NCBI GenBank assembly: GCA_965644315.1
Contig: CBFFRQ010000068.1
Coordinates: forward strand, 806,001 to 870,000
DNA: 64,000 nt
Reading direction: 5' to 3'
From: Caecitellus pseudoparvulus
Lineage: Eukaryota > Protista > Bigyra: Bicosoecida
The notes beneath the pieces were generated by a model. It did not search any database. It was not told the origin of the DNA and saw only the letters and a list, made by a program, of their open reading frames with translations. The position numbers and the translations under genes were made by a program. This document shows positions 12,360-23,400 of this stretch, one piece after another. Numbering within the stretch: position 1 is the first letter of the stretch; each line of letters starts with the position of its first letter.

Positions 12360-15300
12360 TCAGCGTGCATCCAGCTTGCCCTTCCCACGAAGGAACTTTG
12401 ACAAGTACGACTGGCCTCGTGCCGGGCTGTGCTTAGCCTTGGCCGCCGCGATGGCTTGCTGGCGTTGGTCAGCGCCTGCTTGAATGATGGGCACCTCCAC
12501 GCTGTCTGCCTGGACGAGCGTGCTGCTGCCGTCTGCATGGCGTGCCGGGTGGCTGGGGTGGTGCCGGTCGACTTGCTGCACAAAGTGAGGTGGGAGGGCA
12601 GACAAGAAGTGGGAGAGGCGCCCCTCTTGTCCGCCGAGGTACTTGTGCAAGTACGTTGCCACGAGGTGATCCTTCGCACGGGAAAGGGCAACGAACGCCA
12701 CCCTCCGCTCTTCATCCAGCACAGACGGGTCGGGGTCACGGCCAAGGTCGGGGTTTCCCCCAGGGTGCAGCGGCATCTCCCCTTCATTCACTCGTGCCAC
12801 GATGACACAGGGCCACTCCAGGCCTTTGGCTTGGTGCACCGTGCCTACCCACACCGTGCTCACTTGCGCTGCCTTCTTCTTTCCTCGCCGGCTGCCCTTC
12901 GCTGACGCTGGATCCCGTGTGTACTCGGCACCATCAATGTGCTCCGCCACATAGTTCACGAAGGCCTGTAGGCGATCCGCCATGGCCTGAGGCCCAAGCA
13001 CGCCCCCTCTTACCTCAGCACGAGCTGTCATGGCAGCCAAGGCATTGGTGGCGAGGAGGGGAGGGCCATCCCCCGACTCGGCAGCCCTTAGAGCAACCTG
13101 CTCCTCCTCCCACACCTCCCCGAACTCATCTGCAGCGCGGCACATTGCGTCCATGAGGCTGGGACCTTGGGGAGGGAGTGGTGCAGCTTGTGTGGCCCGT
13201 GTTGGGGCCTGGATACCTGTGCGGGGCCCCGCCCGCACTCCAGTGGAGGCACGCCACGAGTCTGCCCTGGCCGTGCCAGCCGAAGCTGCCCGCGCAGCAA
13301 AAAAGGACGCATCCCCTTTGGCATTCGGCAAGCACCCCATCGCAGCTGCAACAAATTGAGTCAAGTCCGTGGCATGCTTGTTCTCAGAGACGCCTTCCAG
13401 CTTCAGCAATCTGTGCTTGAACTGGTCCAAGTCTGTCTCCCGCAGAGCATCCCACACGACGCGGGCCTTCGCGCACGCTGCCTCCAGCGCCGCCCTGCCG
13501 TCCCAGCCAACAACACACTCCTCCACTGCTGCGCCGCAGCGTTTTTCGAGGCTCCGGCCTTTCTTGCGTGTCTCAGAGGAGTCATGCAAGGGCAAGGGCT
13601 CCCCTTCCCGGGCCCGCAGCCGCTGCACGACTAGCTGCGCCAAACGGCCCCGGACATCAAGCCACAGCGGCACTCGATCCTTCGTGTGGCCTGTCTCCCG
13701 CCACTCGCGGGGAGCAGAGGAAAAGGTCGAGAGGATGTCGTACAGGGACAACGCCGGACCCTGCATGCCCGTCCCGCTCTCCTGCGATGAATCGCCCACC
13801 AGATCCACAACAGCACTTGCACGCGGAACTGTGCAAGGCTGAAACCAGGTATCAGGTGGTGCCAGTGCTGCTCGGTGCAGTGCTCGCTGCAGTGAGTCAG
13901 ACAGTGGCCGCTTGCTGCCTCGCATCATGGCTCGCAGCGCCTGAAGCAGGGCAACGTCGTTGTGTGGGTTGGACACGGCAGCCAGCACGGCCCAAGCGCT
14001 GCGCACGTCCCCCCGACTGTACACAGCTGAAGCAGCTTCTTTGACGGGCACGCCCCTCTCTTTCAGCGCCTTTGACAGGGCCCTCCCAATGATGCGTCGC
14101 CGAGTGAGCAGTGCGATGTCCTTGAACGTGTACCCTTTCGAAACGAACCGCTGAATCGCATCGTACACCTCCTCCAGTTCGCACTGCACGTTTTCACACT
14201 TGGCTATGCGGATACGCCCTGTCATCACTTCCACCGTGTGGCTGGGGGCTTGCCGCTGTGCACTGTGGCTAGCCATTGCGCTGGCTTCCAGATCCTCCAC
14301 TTCGGGCGGAGCTGCCTGCCTCACCGGGACAGCAGCAGGGGGCAGATCTGCACGAACGGGCTGGGCCTGCTTCGGCAGCCTTGACGTATGAAGGCCCTTG
14401 ATCAACGTGGAACAGACACCGACCACAGTCGGTGTGGAGCGATAGTTGTAGGACAGCGCGACACAGCGCACGGGGGCGAAGGCGAGCTTAATGGAAGAAA
14501 AGTTGGAGATGTCTGCCCCTTGGAACCCATAGATGCTCTGGTCATCGTCTCCAACAACTGTCACACGCCCATCCAGCAGCTTGCCCACGGCACGCACCAA
14601 TTTGAACTGTGACACAGACGTGTCCTGGAACTCATCCACAAGCAAGTACTGCCAGCGACTGGACACCCATTCTTCCGCCTCTGGCACCAAGGACAAGATC
14701 TCGTTTGCCCACGTGATCAGCTCGCCGAAGTCCATCATGTTGGCGCCGATCAAGGCAGCGTTGTACGTGTCCAAGAACGATGACATGGCTGGCCAGCCTT
14801 GCTCGTCCAACTGCGCCAGCAGCCTCGAGTCCCCGCTGCTTCCAGCTCGCCCGTCGCCACTGCGCACCCGCGTGATGTGGCCAATGATGCGGCGGGCCAG
14901 CTTCTTGCGGCGCCCCTCAATGTCAGAGTCTGTGCCGATACCAAGCAGGCGCGGACGTGTCGCACCCGCTGTAGAGCTTTCCGCCTGGCTCATGCTCTCC
15001 ACCGCCACTCGTGCCTCGTGCGCTCGTAACGCAGCGATGATGATGCTCTCCTGTTCACTGGACCCTGCCAGCAAGAAGTCTGCCGTCCGACGTGCTGAAG
15101 GGACCTTCTCAATAAACGCGCGACACAGACGCATGGCAAACGAATGGAACGTGCCCATCACCATGTGACCCGCTGCCCGGGCACCCAGGTCTCGCCCCAC
15201 GCGCACCCTCAGCTCTTCAGCTGCACACCTAGTGAAAGTGATGCCGAGTATGGCACTTGGTCGGCAGCCTGTGCTGCGCACAATGTGCTGGATGCGCTTT

Positions 15301-15866
15301 TGCAGAGTGAAAGTTTTGCCGGATCCAGGCCCCGCCAATACCAGCAACGGAGCATCGGGGCTCGCAGCAGCAGCTGTGGCTTGTGCTTCGTTAAGGTCCT
15401 TCAGGTACGTGGGTACGTTCTTGGCAGGTGGTAGCATGACAAGTGGCGGGGATGCAGGCAGGGGCACCTGCCGCACAGGAGGTGCCTCCCTGCCGCACGC
15501 ACTTGGCGTGCACGCCATGCCGATGAAGGGAGTTCCATAAAAAGAGGTGGATGTGGGGGTGGTCACCATAGAGGGGGGGTCGGCAACGTGACTGTACTTG
15601 CTCGATTCCGCGATTCCTGGCGTGCAGGAGGCTGAGAGTCTGCGGGATTTGGAAGCCGAAACGGCAGACGTGACACTGAACCGCCGCTTCCCCGACCTTG
15701 GCACGCCTGGAGGCGAAACGAAGGTGGCAGGGGTGTCAAATGTGCTTGTTAGTGTCCCCACTCTGCTGGGTGAGCTGCATGAAGCCGTGCTCGCTTTGCT
15801 AGGTCCTTGCATCTCTGCTTTACGGAGCAACGCCTCCAGCTGGGGAGACCACAAAACGTCGTCCAT
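12360..15866 (-). CDS. SRS2: UvrD/REP-family SF1 DNA helicase, SRS2-like
   Basis: Motifs LNEAQ, AGPGSGKT, VDEFQD, VGDDDQSIYGFQGA, NYRS, TVHQAKGLEW and EERRVAFVALSRAK. ATG 15866 chosen as the start; the ORF extends to 16004. Confidence 0.88.
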   Translation of the reverse strand: MDDVLWSPQLEALLRKAEMQGPSKASTASCSSPSRVGTLTSTFDTPATFVSPPGVPRSGKRRFSVTSAVSASKSRRLSASCTPGIAESSKYSHVADPPSMVTTPTSTSFYGTPFIGMACTPSACGREAPPVRQVPLPASPPLVMLPPAKNVPTYLKDLNEAQATAAAASPDAPLLVLAGPGSGKTFTLQKRIQHIVRSTGCRPSAILGITFTRCAAEELRVRVGRDLGARAAGHMVMGTFHSFAMRLCRAFIEKVPSARRTADFLLAGSSEQESIIIAALRAHEARVAVESMSQAESSTAGATRPRLLGIGTDSDIEGRRKKLARRIIGHITRVRSGDGRAGSSGDSRLLAQLDEQGWPAMSSFLDTYNAALIGANMMDFGELITWANEILSLVPEAEEWVSSRWQYLLVDEFQDTSVSQFKLVRAVGKLLDGRVTVVGDDDQSIYGFQGADISNFSSIKLAFAPVRCVALSYNYRSTPTVVGVCSTLIKGLHTSRLPKQAQPVRADLPPAAVPVRQAAPPEVEDLEASAMASHSAQRQAPSHTVEVMTGRIRIAKCENVQCELEEVYDAIQRFVSKGYTFKDIALLTRRRIIGRALSKALKERGVPVKEAASAVYSRGDVRSAWAVLAAVSNPHNDVALLQALRAMMRGSKRPLSDSLQRALHRAALAPPDTWFQPCTVPRASAVVDLVGDSSQESGTGMQGPALSLYDILSTFSSAPREWRETGHTKDRVPLWLDVRGRLAQLVVQRLRAREGEPLPLHDSSETRKKGRSLEKRCGAAVEECVVGWDGRAALEAACAKARVVWDALRETDLDQFKHRLLKLEGVSENKHATDLTQFVAAAMGCLPNAKGDASFFAARAASAGTARADSWRASTGVRAGPRTGIQAPTRATQAAPLPPQGPSLMDAMCRAADEFGEVWEEEQVALRAAESGDGPPLLATNALAAMTARAEVRGGVLGPQAMADRLQAFVNYVAEHIDGAEYTRDPASAKGSRRGKKKAAQVSTVWVGTVHQAKGLEWPCVIVARVNEGEMPLHPGGNPDLGRDPDPSVLDEERRVAFVALSRAKDHLVATYLHKYLGGQEGRLSHFLSALPPHFVQQVDRHHPSHPARHADGSSTLVQADSVEVPIIQAGADQRQQAIAAAKAKHSPARGQSYLSKFLRGKGKLDAR

Positions 15867-16054
15867 TCCTGGAAAGAAGAGTCCTGAAGCTTGTATCCGA
15901 CAGCCTGGAAACGTTGAAGCGCCCCCTTGAAACATTGGGCGTGGAAATTCTGAGTGTGGCTGTGTTTTTGCGTCGATATGCGGTTTGCAGCAAGTGCCAA
16001 GCACAAGAAAAACAACGAGAATGGTCTGACTCCGATGCCTTGAGATACCTATGC

Positions 16055-16092
16055 TTTATATACTCAAGTTGACAAGGCCCACCTGTTCAAAT
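16055..16092 (+). promoter_or_regulatory. Upstream TATA-like element and CAA motif of the tRNA gene
   Basis: TTTATATA lies ~31-38 nt upstream of the tRNA, and TTCAAAT is immediately before +1, in otherwise GC-rich DNA. Confidence 0.45.
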
Positions 16093-16164
16093 GCTGACGT
16101 AGCTTAGGGGTAGAGCGTGTCCTTCGTAAGGTCAAAGTCCGTGGTTCGAATCCGCGCTTCAGCA
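16093..16164 (+). tRNA. tRNA-Thr(CGU)
   Basis: Cloverleaf: acceptor GCTGACG/CTTCAGC, D arm GCTT/GAGC, anticodon arm TGTCC-TTCGTAA-GGTCA, T arm CGTGG-TTCGAAT-CCGCG, discriminator A. Confidence 0.9.
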
Positions 16165-16171
16165 TCCGTTC

Positions 16172-16176
16172 TTTTT
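16172..16176 (+). terminator. Pol III oligo-T terminator of the tRNA
   Basis: TTTTT run 7 nt after the tRNA 3' end. Confidence 0.7.
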
Positions 16177-16251
16177 GCCGTGAGCAGGTCAAAGAATGCC
16201 ATTCGTTTTTCAAGCGCTTGAGCCGAATGGTATGGATTGGCCCTAGCTCTC

Positions 16252-18480
16252 TCACTTCTTCATTCGGCCCCCCTTCTTTCGCGGCGTTGAGCTGGAGCTG
16301 CCCTCCTCGGCGGCACCGTCCAGCGCAGCGGAACGCGCCAGCAATGCCGGGCATCGGTCAGGAGCGGGCAACGTGGAGGGCGCTGGCCCAGCCAAGACCA
16401 GCTCGGTGCTTATACCGGCGAACACTGCTGCCTGGCGAATGAGCTCTGTCTCCATCGACCGCGCCAGCGCAGCGGCTCGCTCTCGCTGCTGCGCTTCACG
16501 AAGTGCACGCGCTTCATCGTCCATCTGCGGCTCTGCAGGTGATGGACTGCGCCGACTTCCACCCTTGCCCTTGCCCTTGCCCTTGGGGGACTTGGATGCA
16601 AGCTTGCTTGCCTCGCTGGCTGCGGCCGCCGCCGCAGCCTCTGCTTCCTCGCGCATGTCCCTCCCTACCTGAGCCTCAGCCACACGCATCACGGCAGCCT
16701 CGGCCTCTCGAGGAAGCGCTTGGAGATCCATGCAAACAGCCCCTGCGCCAGAATCCATGCTCCACAGGGCCGCCTGCAGTCCGATGGTGACCCTGTCGTC
16801 ACACGTAGGGGTGGTGAGCAGGAGCTCTGTGGGAATGCGCCCGGTGGCCAAGCACCGACGTTCACCACGGCACTCTTGAGCTGCAGGCGCATCTGAGGCC
16901 CCATCTGCTCCTGGCTGCCAGATACCCTCCACTGTCTCCTCCCACAGCTCCACACTAATGCCGTCAAGCAGAAGCCCGTCCCGAACTGCCACCGTGGCCG
17001 GGCAGGTGGCGAGCAAGACCTGCACAGGAGCCCAATCCAGGACGCCATCGCGACCCACCGGAGAGCCGGCTGTGTGAACGCTCTGCCCGTCGGGAAGGTG
17101 TAGAGACAGCCCGAACTGTGCTAGCGGGCGAGCAGGTGCCTCTGGCTCGGGGGTCTGCCGCCCGCCCTTCCTACCTGCTCCTGCTTTTGGGCTCTTGCCG
17201 CCCTTCTTGCGCGGCGTGCTGCTCTTTGAACTTGGTGCAGACTCGACATCGTCGACCCCCGGGACCTGCGCGGCAGTTGGCAGGCCAGACACGCCATGCA
17301 CGAGGCTGCGCAGCAAGATGCCACCTGCCACTTCCTCTGCCAGGTCCGCTGCGTGAGCAAGTACGGCTGCCCTTGCGGCTGCAGCTGCTGCTGCAAGCTC
17401 TGGTATGCTGGCCACTTCCTCCCAAGCCAAGGGCGTGTGCACCGGCGTCTCTTTGGTGGCCTTGCCGCCTGCCTTGCTCCCACCCTTCGAGCTGCTCTTG
17501 CCCTTGCCGCTGCTGCTCTTGCGCTGCCGCGGAGAGCTGCCTCGACTGGACGCAGCTGAGCCCACAGGAGTTGGGGGGGTCCAGCCCTCCAAAAGTCTGC
17601 CAGAATCGTACGCCAGCGGACCCACTGCTGCCCGCGCAGCCGCATCCGCTGCTGCCTGCACTGACTCGTCGTGTTTCGCTGCTCGCTTTGCATGCGCCCT
17701 GCGCTCGGAGCGAGACACTTCCAGGCCGTCCAGGGTGGCAAGCCCAGGGGCAGCCTCCAGCGCACTTTGGCGATACCCGTGGCAAAGGGCCAAAGGGTTG
17801 CCGCACAGCACTGCGTGCTGCAAGCATGGCATCTGGGAGAGACTGGAGAATGCTGAGGGGATCTCGGCAATGGCATTGAAGCTGACGTCCAGAGATATGA
17901 GAGAGGGACATGCGGTGGGAATGTCTTCTAGAGTGACCAACTCATTGTGCCCCAATCCCAAGTGAAGCAAGCGACCTAGGCTTAGCCTTGGGCTCAGACT
18001 GTCGATGCGGTTGTTGTACGCGTGAACACAGTGCAGATTCCTGGGGAGGTGCTGAAGGGAGGCTATGGTGTTGTGGGAGATGTTGAGCTCCCTGAGGGCT
18101 TCCAGGCCTTCCGTGCAGGGGTCGAGGATTGCGACACGCTGCCTGCTCAGGTCCAAGTGCTCAAGTTTAGCGGCCAGAGCTTGCCACGAGCTAAGGCTGC
18201 TCTCCCTGGCCACAGCGCCACCATTCCGTCGCTCAGCTGTGAGAAGTCTGTGGAATTCTGGCGCCTGCTTGGACCACTCCAGGCCAAAGACTGCACCAGC
18301 ACCTCCTGCGCCTCCCGAGGCAAGTCGGGCCTCAAAAGCCTGAAGGTCCCGAGTTGCCTGTGCCGCCTCTTCCGCTGCGTCTGCTTCCAGTGTGCCCTTG
18401 GGGAGTGCCGCCCGTGTCGCCTTGCGCGTGGTCGTGTCAAGCTTGCTCCTGTGCACGAGCGTGAGGGGCTGTGGCTGCAT
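16252..18480 (-). CDS. LRRC43: Leucine-rich repeat protein, LRRC43-like
   Basis: SDS22-like LRRs (LRELNISHN, LLHLGLGHN, LISLDVSFN) and LRR cap LCGNPLALCHGYR...LATLDG, followed by K/G/S-rich low-complexity segments. Matches my recollection of LRRC43. Confidence 0.75.
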   Translation of the reverse strand: MQPQPLTLVHRSKLDTTTRKATRAALPKGTLEADAAEEAAQATRDLQAFEARLASGGAGGAGAVFGLEWSKQAPEFHRLLTAERRNGGAVARESSLSSWQALAAKLEHLDLSRQRVAILDPCTEGLEALRELNISHNTIASLQHLPRNLHCVHAYNNRIDSLSPRLSLGRLLHLGLGHNELVTLEDIPTACPSLISLDVSFNAIAEIPSAFSSLSQMPCLQHAVLCGNPLALCHGYRQSALEAAPGLATLDGLEVSRSERRAHAKRAAKHDESVQAAADAAARAAVGPLAYDSGRLLEGWTPPTPVGSAASSRGSSPRQRKSSSGKGKSSSKGGSKAGGKATKETPVHTPLAWEEVASIPELAAAAAAARAAVLAHAADLAEEVAGGILLRSLVHGVSGLPTAAQVPGVDDVESAPSSKSSTPRKKGGKSPKAGAGRKGGRQTPEPEAPARPLAQFGLSLHLPDGQSVHTAGSPVGRDGVLDWAPVQVLLATCPATVAVRDGLLLDGISVELWEETVEGIWQPGADGASDAPAAQECRGERRCLATGRIPTELLLTTPTCDDRVTIGLQAALWSMDSGAGAVCMDLQALPREAEAAVMRVAEAQVGRDMREEAEAAAAAAASEASKLASKSPKGKGKGKGGSRRSPSPAEPQMDDEARALREAQQRERAAALARSMETELIRQAAVFAGISTELVLAGPAPSTLPAPDRCPALLARSAALDGAAEEGSSSSTPRKKGGRMKK

Positions 18481-19059
18481 AGCTGCTGCGGTATTTGGTT
18501 TCCTTCACCGATCACAGGTAGCTAGCCCCACGCACAGCACAGAATCCTGGCGCTGCCTCGAGGACAAGCGCACACCCAGCGTCTCATGAACCAATCGCTT
18601 CAACACTCCACAGCTTCCATCGGCAGAGATACCTGCCTTGTCCCACGAGGCATCAGCCATCTCGCCTCCCGACTCAGTCCCGTGATTGGCGAGCACAGCC
18701 GGCGCCGCCAACGCAAAGAAACCTGCAGAAGTGCGCTCAGAAATCCTGTCACTTCGCGAGGGGTGGAGTTTTTGTCGTTGTTGGCTTACTGTGTGAACTA
18801 TGCAAGCAAAGCTAATCACATAGAACCTACCGAGTAGAAATTGTGGTGAAGAACTGGCAAGGTTCGTGGAGCCAGACTAGAATTGACACTTGGAGGTATC
18901 CAGCCCCAGAGCAAAACGTTACTGACGTGTCTCCACACCCAATGCAGCCACACGCAACACATCCCGACTCCACTGATACTGATCCAGTGTTAGCAAGTGT
19001 GCTGCAGAGCCACTCCCCGAGCACGTGTGGCACCCAGTTTCCTTGCAGGCACCACGCTC

Positions 19060-19678
19060 ATGGCAGTCGCCGCCCCCCCGGCGCCCCAGAGCGTGGCGGA
19101 GGTCTCTGTCAGCAAAGGTATTCCCAAAAACACTCTCCAGAAGAGCTTTGTATGTTTTTTAGCCTGCAGGTGGTCTTCCTTCACCACATGCGGCACTGCT
19201 TGCTCCTCGTGCAGTCAATTTCCGCTGGCTCTCAACCTGTTACTGCCGTCCTGACGAGCTATGCTGACCGCATGTTCCTCACATTATCAGACAGAAAGAA
19301 ACTAGGCACCCTGGTAGGCGCGCCAGTGCACCCATTCGCTGCAAAGCTCTGGTTGCACGGTGGTCATTGCCTGTGGCGCAGATCATGGCTGAGCGCCGGG
19401 AGCGCGTGGACGGCAGCGCTGCATTCGACGTGCAGACCGTCCTGGGAAAGCGAGACATTGATTGGCATGACTTGCTTGCCCGGCAGCTGGTTCAGGTGGT
19501 GGCGTGAGTGTGCGTGCATCTTGCCATTCCGCCTGCGCTTCACTGCTTGCTCGCCTTCGCGCACAGCGAGAAGTTCTCGAGGCCCTTGCTGCTGTCGCTT
19601 GCCATGGCCGATTTGGAAGAAGAGCAAGCGTTTGCATTGGGGACAGATGTGACGGCGTGGTTGAACGCACTCCAGTAG
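19060..19678 (+). CDS. PSMG3: Proteasome assembly chaperone 3 (PAC3)
   Basis: Exons ~19060-19101, 19215-19313, 19382-19503 and 19567-19678 give VLTSYADRMFLTLSDRKKLGTLI...FDVQTVLGKRD...LLARQL...RPLLLSLAM. The first donor (GTCTCT) is weak, so exon 1 is uncertain. Confidence 0.8.
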
Positions 19679-19817
19679 TCTAGAGCGCACTGTCGCTGGG
19701 ACCTTCAGAGACCACTGCAATGTTCTTGTTCGGGGACTCCGCTGGTTGCCTGACTTGCAGGGGCTGGATGGCATGCAGCCCTCTTTAGCCAACCAGGTCG
19801 AAGCGCCAAGGTGCAAC

Positions 19818-20283
19818 TCAGCACTTCCACAACATGATGCCGAGGTAGCCAGCGTACATCATGTACAGGCTGTGCTTTTGCTGAGTTGTCACGTCGAATG
19901 AGAACCCCTCACCAATGCAGCAGTGCCACGTCGGACCGAACTTCTTGTCGCAGCTTTCCTTCACGAACTGGGACATTTTCTGCAGACCACAGCCAGAGCA
20001 AAGCGTAAGCCACTCGGTCGGCGCAGGAAAGCACGAGCCAGGCCTCACCTCGTAGTCCTGTGACTTGGCAAACTTTTCAACACCCTGGGTTACCATGTCG
20101 ATGGCGTCCTGAGCCTCCTCTGGCGTCATGTCCACCGTCTGCAAGCAAGCGAAACAGGCTTGGTGACGATGCCTCATCGTGTAGCCGCGCTCTTGCTGTA
20201 GGGTTTCCTGCCGCGCAGATCCCAGTACCTGCACGCACCTTCACCTGGGGCGTAGTGACAACCTTCTTAAACTCAGCTGCCAT
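19818..20283 (-). CDS. DNAL4: Axonemal dynein light chain 4 (LC8 family)
   Basis: Exons 20283-20239, 20138-20049 and 19979-19818: MAAEFKKVVTTPQVK/TVDMTPEEAQDAIDMVTQGVEKF...DKKFGPTWHCCIGEGFSFDVT...LWKC. Confidence 0.9.
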
Positions 20284-20483
20284 GCTCTGTCACAGAAAAA
20301 TCGAGCGCTCTCTACAATATGTTGCACTGCTTACGTGCAACGAAACGGCAGCGAAACGCTGATTTGCCGCAGCTTGGCACAGTCTATTACGCCCTGCAAG
20401 CAGGCTGAAGAGGGGGCAGCGCACAGGCACTGAGGAAGGTGGAGCTTTAGCACTTGTTGAATTGTGGTACTGCCTGTCTTTGC

Positions 20484-23400
20484 TCAAGAGGGGGGCAGTA
20501 GGAGCTTGCGTTGCGTGGCGAGAGCAGGGGAGCCAACTGACCCCAACAAACCCGTGTCAGGCCGCGGGGGGGGCTTCAGACGGTCCCCAGTAATGTCAGC
20601 ACGGATGGTTCCAAACACCTCGCTACGAATGGGCTGTGCTGGAGGAGACCCGCCGCTGGCAGGGGCGGATGTCGATGTGCCCAGCAGAGACCCACCTGAC
20701 ACGGGCGCAGCAGCATCACTGGACGCCGCAGCAGTGCCCACACTGCCAAACAGAGACCCGCCGCTGGCAGGGGCGGATGTCGATGTGCCCAGCAGAGACC
20801 CACCTGACACGGGCGCAGCAGCATCACTGGACGCCGCAGCAGGGCCCACACTGCCAAACAGAGACCCGCCGCTGGCAGGGGCGGATGTCGATGTGCCCAG
20901 CAGAGACCCACCTGACACGGGCGCAGCAGCATCACTGGACGCCGCAGCAGGGCCCACACTGCCAAACAGAGACCCGCCGCTGGCAGGGGCGGATGTCGAT
21001 GTGCCCAGCAGAGACCCACCTGACACGGGCGCAGCAGCATCACTGGACGCCGCAGCAGTGCCCACACTGCCAAACAGAGACCCGCCGCTGGCAGGGGCGG
21101 ATGTCGATGTGCCCAGCAGAGACCCACCTGACACGGGCGCAGCAGCATCACTGGACGCCGCAGCAGGGCCCACACTGCCAAACAGAGACCCGCCGCTGGC
21201 AGGGGCGGATGTCGATGTGCCCAGCAGAGACCCACCTGACACGGGCGCAGCAGCATCACTGGACGCCGCAGCAGTGCCCACACTGCCAAACAGAGACCCG
21301 CCGCTGGCAGGGGCGGATGTCGATGTGCCCAGCAGAGACCCACCCGACACGGGCGCAGCAGCATCACTGGACGCCGCGGCAGTGCCCACACTGCCAAACA
21401 GAGACCCGCCGCTGGCAGGGGCGGATGTCGATGTGCCCAGCAGAGACCCACCTGACACGGGCGCAGCAGCATCACTGGACGCCGCGGCAGTGCCCACACT
21501 GCCAAACAGAGACCCGCCGCTGGCAGGGGCGGATGTCGATGTGCCCAGCAGAGACCCACCTGACACGGGCGCAGCAGCATCACTGGACGCCGCAGCAGGG
21601 CCCACACTGCCAAACAGAGACCCGCCGCTGGCAGGGGCGGATGTCGATGTGCCCAGCAGAGACCCACCCGAGGAAGGAGGCACAGTTGATGACGAGGGAG
21701 AATTGGGCGTCGAAGCAGGGCTTCTGGCAGTGGAGGTCACTGCCCGGCTCGGAGTCGGAAGCCCCATCAGAAGACTGGAGGAAGCCTGTGTTGTCGATGG
21801 AGCTGCTTGCAGTACGTGGGGAGTGGCAACACGGCTTGATGCGGGTGACGAGGCAGTTGTGAGGCTCGCCAGCCCCGTTGCTTTTGGTCTTGAAAAGTGG
21901 AAGGGAGTCACACCAGCATGTGCTGTCGTTGGCCTGTGCGCAGGACCCGGCGTGCTCAAACCAGCAAGGCCTTGTGCTGAGCCTGAAGTGCCAGGTGGAC
22001 TGAACGGGAACTCTGAGCCGTCTTCATCCTGGGCCAGAGCAAGTGCTGCAGCTTGCTCTGCTGGAGAAGCCTTGCTGCCGGCAGAGGGGCTGAACGTAAA
22101 CTTCACAGTGGTCGTGCGAGCTGGCGTGGAGGCAGAGCCAAAGGAGTACTGGGAAGACTCGTCCTCTTGAGCATTTGCTGACAATGGCAAAAGCCCAACT
22201 TCCGCCCCAGGGCCAGGCATTGGCGTGGAGTCTTGCGCTGTGGAAGTGACGAGGGGCGGGGCAGGTGTTGCTGCGATGAGTGGAGCGCTGGGAGCGTCGG
22301 CTGGCGTGCCAGGGGATGCAGCAGTGCGAGACTTTGTCTGGGGGGCAAAGGGTGTGGATCCAGCAGTGTCTAGCAGGGACTTCGAGCTGGCAAAGGGTGT
22401 GGAGCCTGCAGTGTGCAGCAAGGAGGTCGCGCTCTGTGCCTGGTCTGGAGTTGCCGGTGACATACTCGCGGGCAGAGTGTGCACCTGGTTCTTGGCTGCG
22501 AACGAAACAGATTTCGTTTTCTTTGGCGTTTTGGTCGCAGACTGCAGGGAATGTCCATCCTGGGCCTGTGCCTGAGTTTCAGGAGCGGGAGAGGTCGTTG
22601 TGGCTTCTGGCTGCTGAGTCCCCAACTCAGCTTCAAGCTGCGAGGTGAAGTCGCCAGAAGATCCTGAATGGCGCGCCGTGACGTTGGCGGTCGCTTCAAC
22701 CTCTGATGAAATGTCGGCAAGGGTGGCTGCCACCCGAGCGGCCACATCAGCGGATGCAGCCGTGTCAGCCTCAGGCGACGCGTGAGGCTCCTCTGCTGCC
22801 TGCCACGCCATACTGGCCCCCATCATTGCACTGCGACCACCGGTTGCCGCAGAGAACAGCCGCGAGCGTGGGGCCTGCAACGCTGCAGCTTGGGCAGGTG
22901 TTGACAGGGCAACAGAGGCGGCAGGTGTCCCTAGGAGAGCCCGCTCGCCTCGAGATGGGCGATACCTGGCACGGACGCCTGACCTGCGCCGCCCAGCCGA
23001 CTTAGCTCCGGATGCGAGAAGAGACGGGCCACCCACTGAGAGTGAGTGGACTGATGCAAGGGAGGTATCCAAGACTGGGGAGGAGGGCTCTGTGGCGGGT
23101 GCAGTTGGAGCCGCGCGAGCACCACTGTCAGGAAGGAGGGAAGGGGTCCACCCAGACTGCAAGGGGAGGCTGCTGGAAGCAAGCGAATCATCAGCGAAGG
23201 CCGAAGAGGAGGCATGGGGTACCCAAGGCTGGGAAGGTGGATCTGTTGAGGGAAGTGCAAACAAGTTCACACTGGCGATTCCGCTTTCTGCAGCTGGTGT
23301 AGGGGAGGGGCTCCGCTGTTGTGCTGCTGAGTAGCTGACCGTGCTGGCCACTTCGCCACTCGCCACGGGGGCGGGGCCGCGTGCGGGGGAAACGCCACTG

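Noticed and set aside
18840-18985. Possible C/D snoRNA (GTGGTGA ... CTGA) or tRNA-like GGTTCG upstream of PAC3
   Set aside because: The C box is degenerate, and there is no terminal stem, recognisable rRNA guide or cloverleaf.
20464-22170. 568-aa plus-strand repetitive ORF, and a CRISPR-like reading of the repeat
   Set aside because: This is the antisense of the 108-bp coding repeat. Units are contiguous, with no unique spacers and no cas genes.
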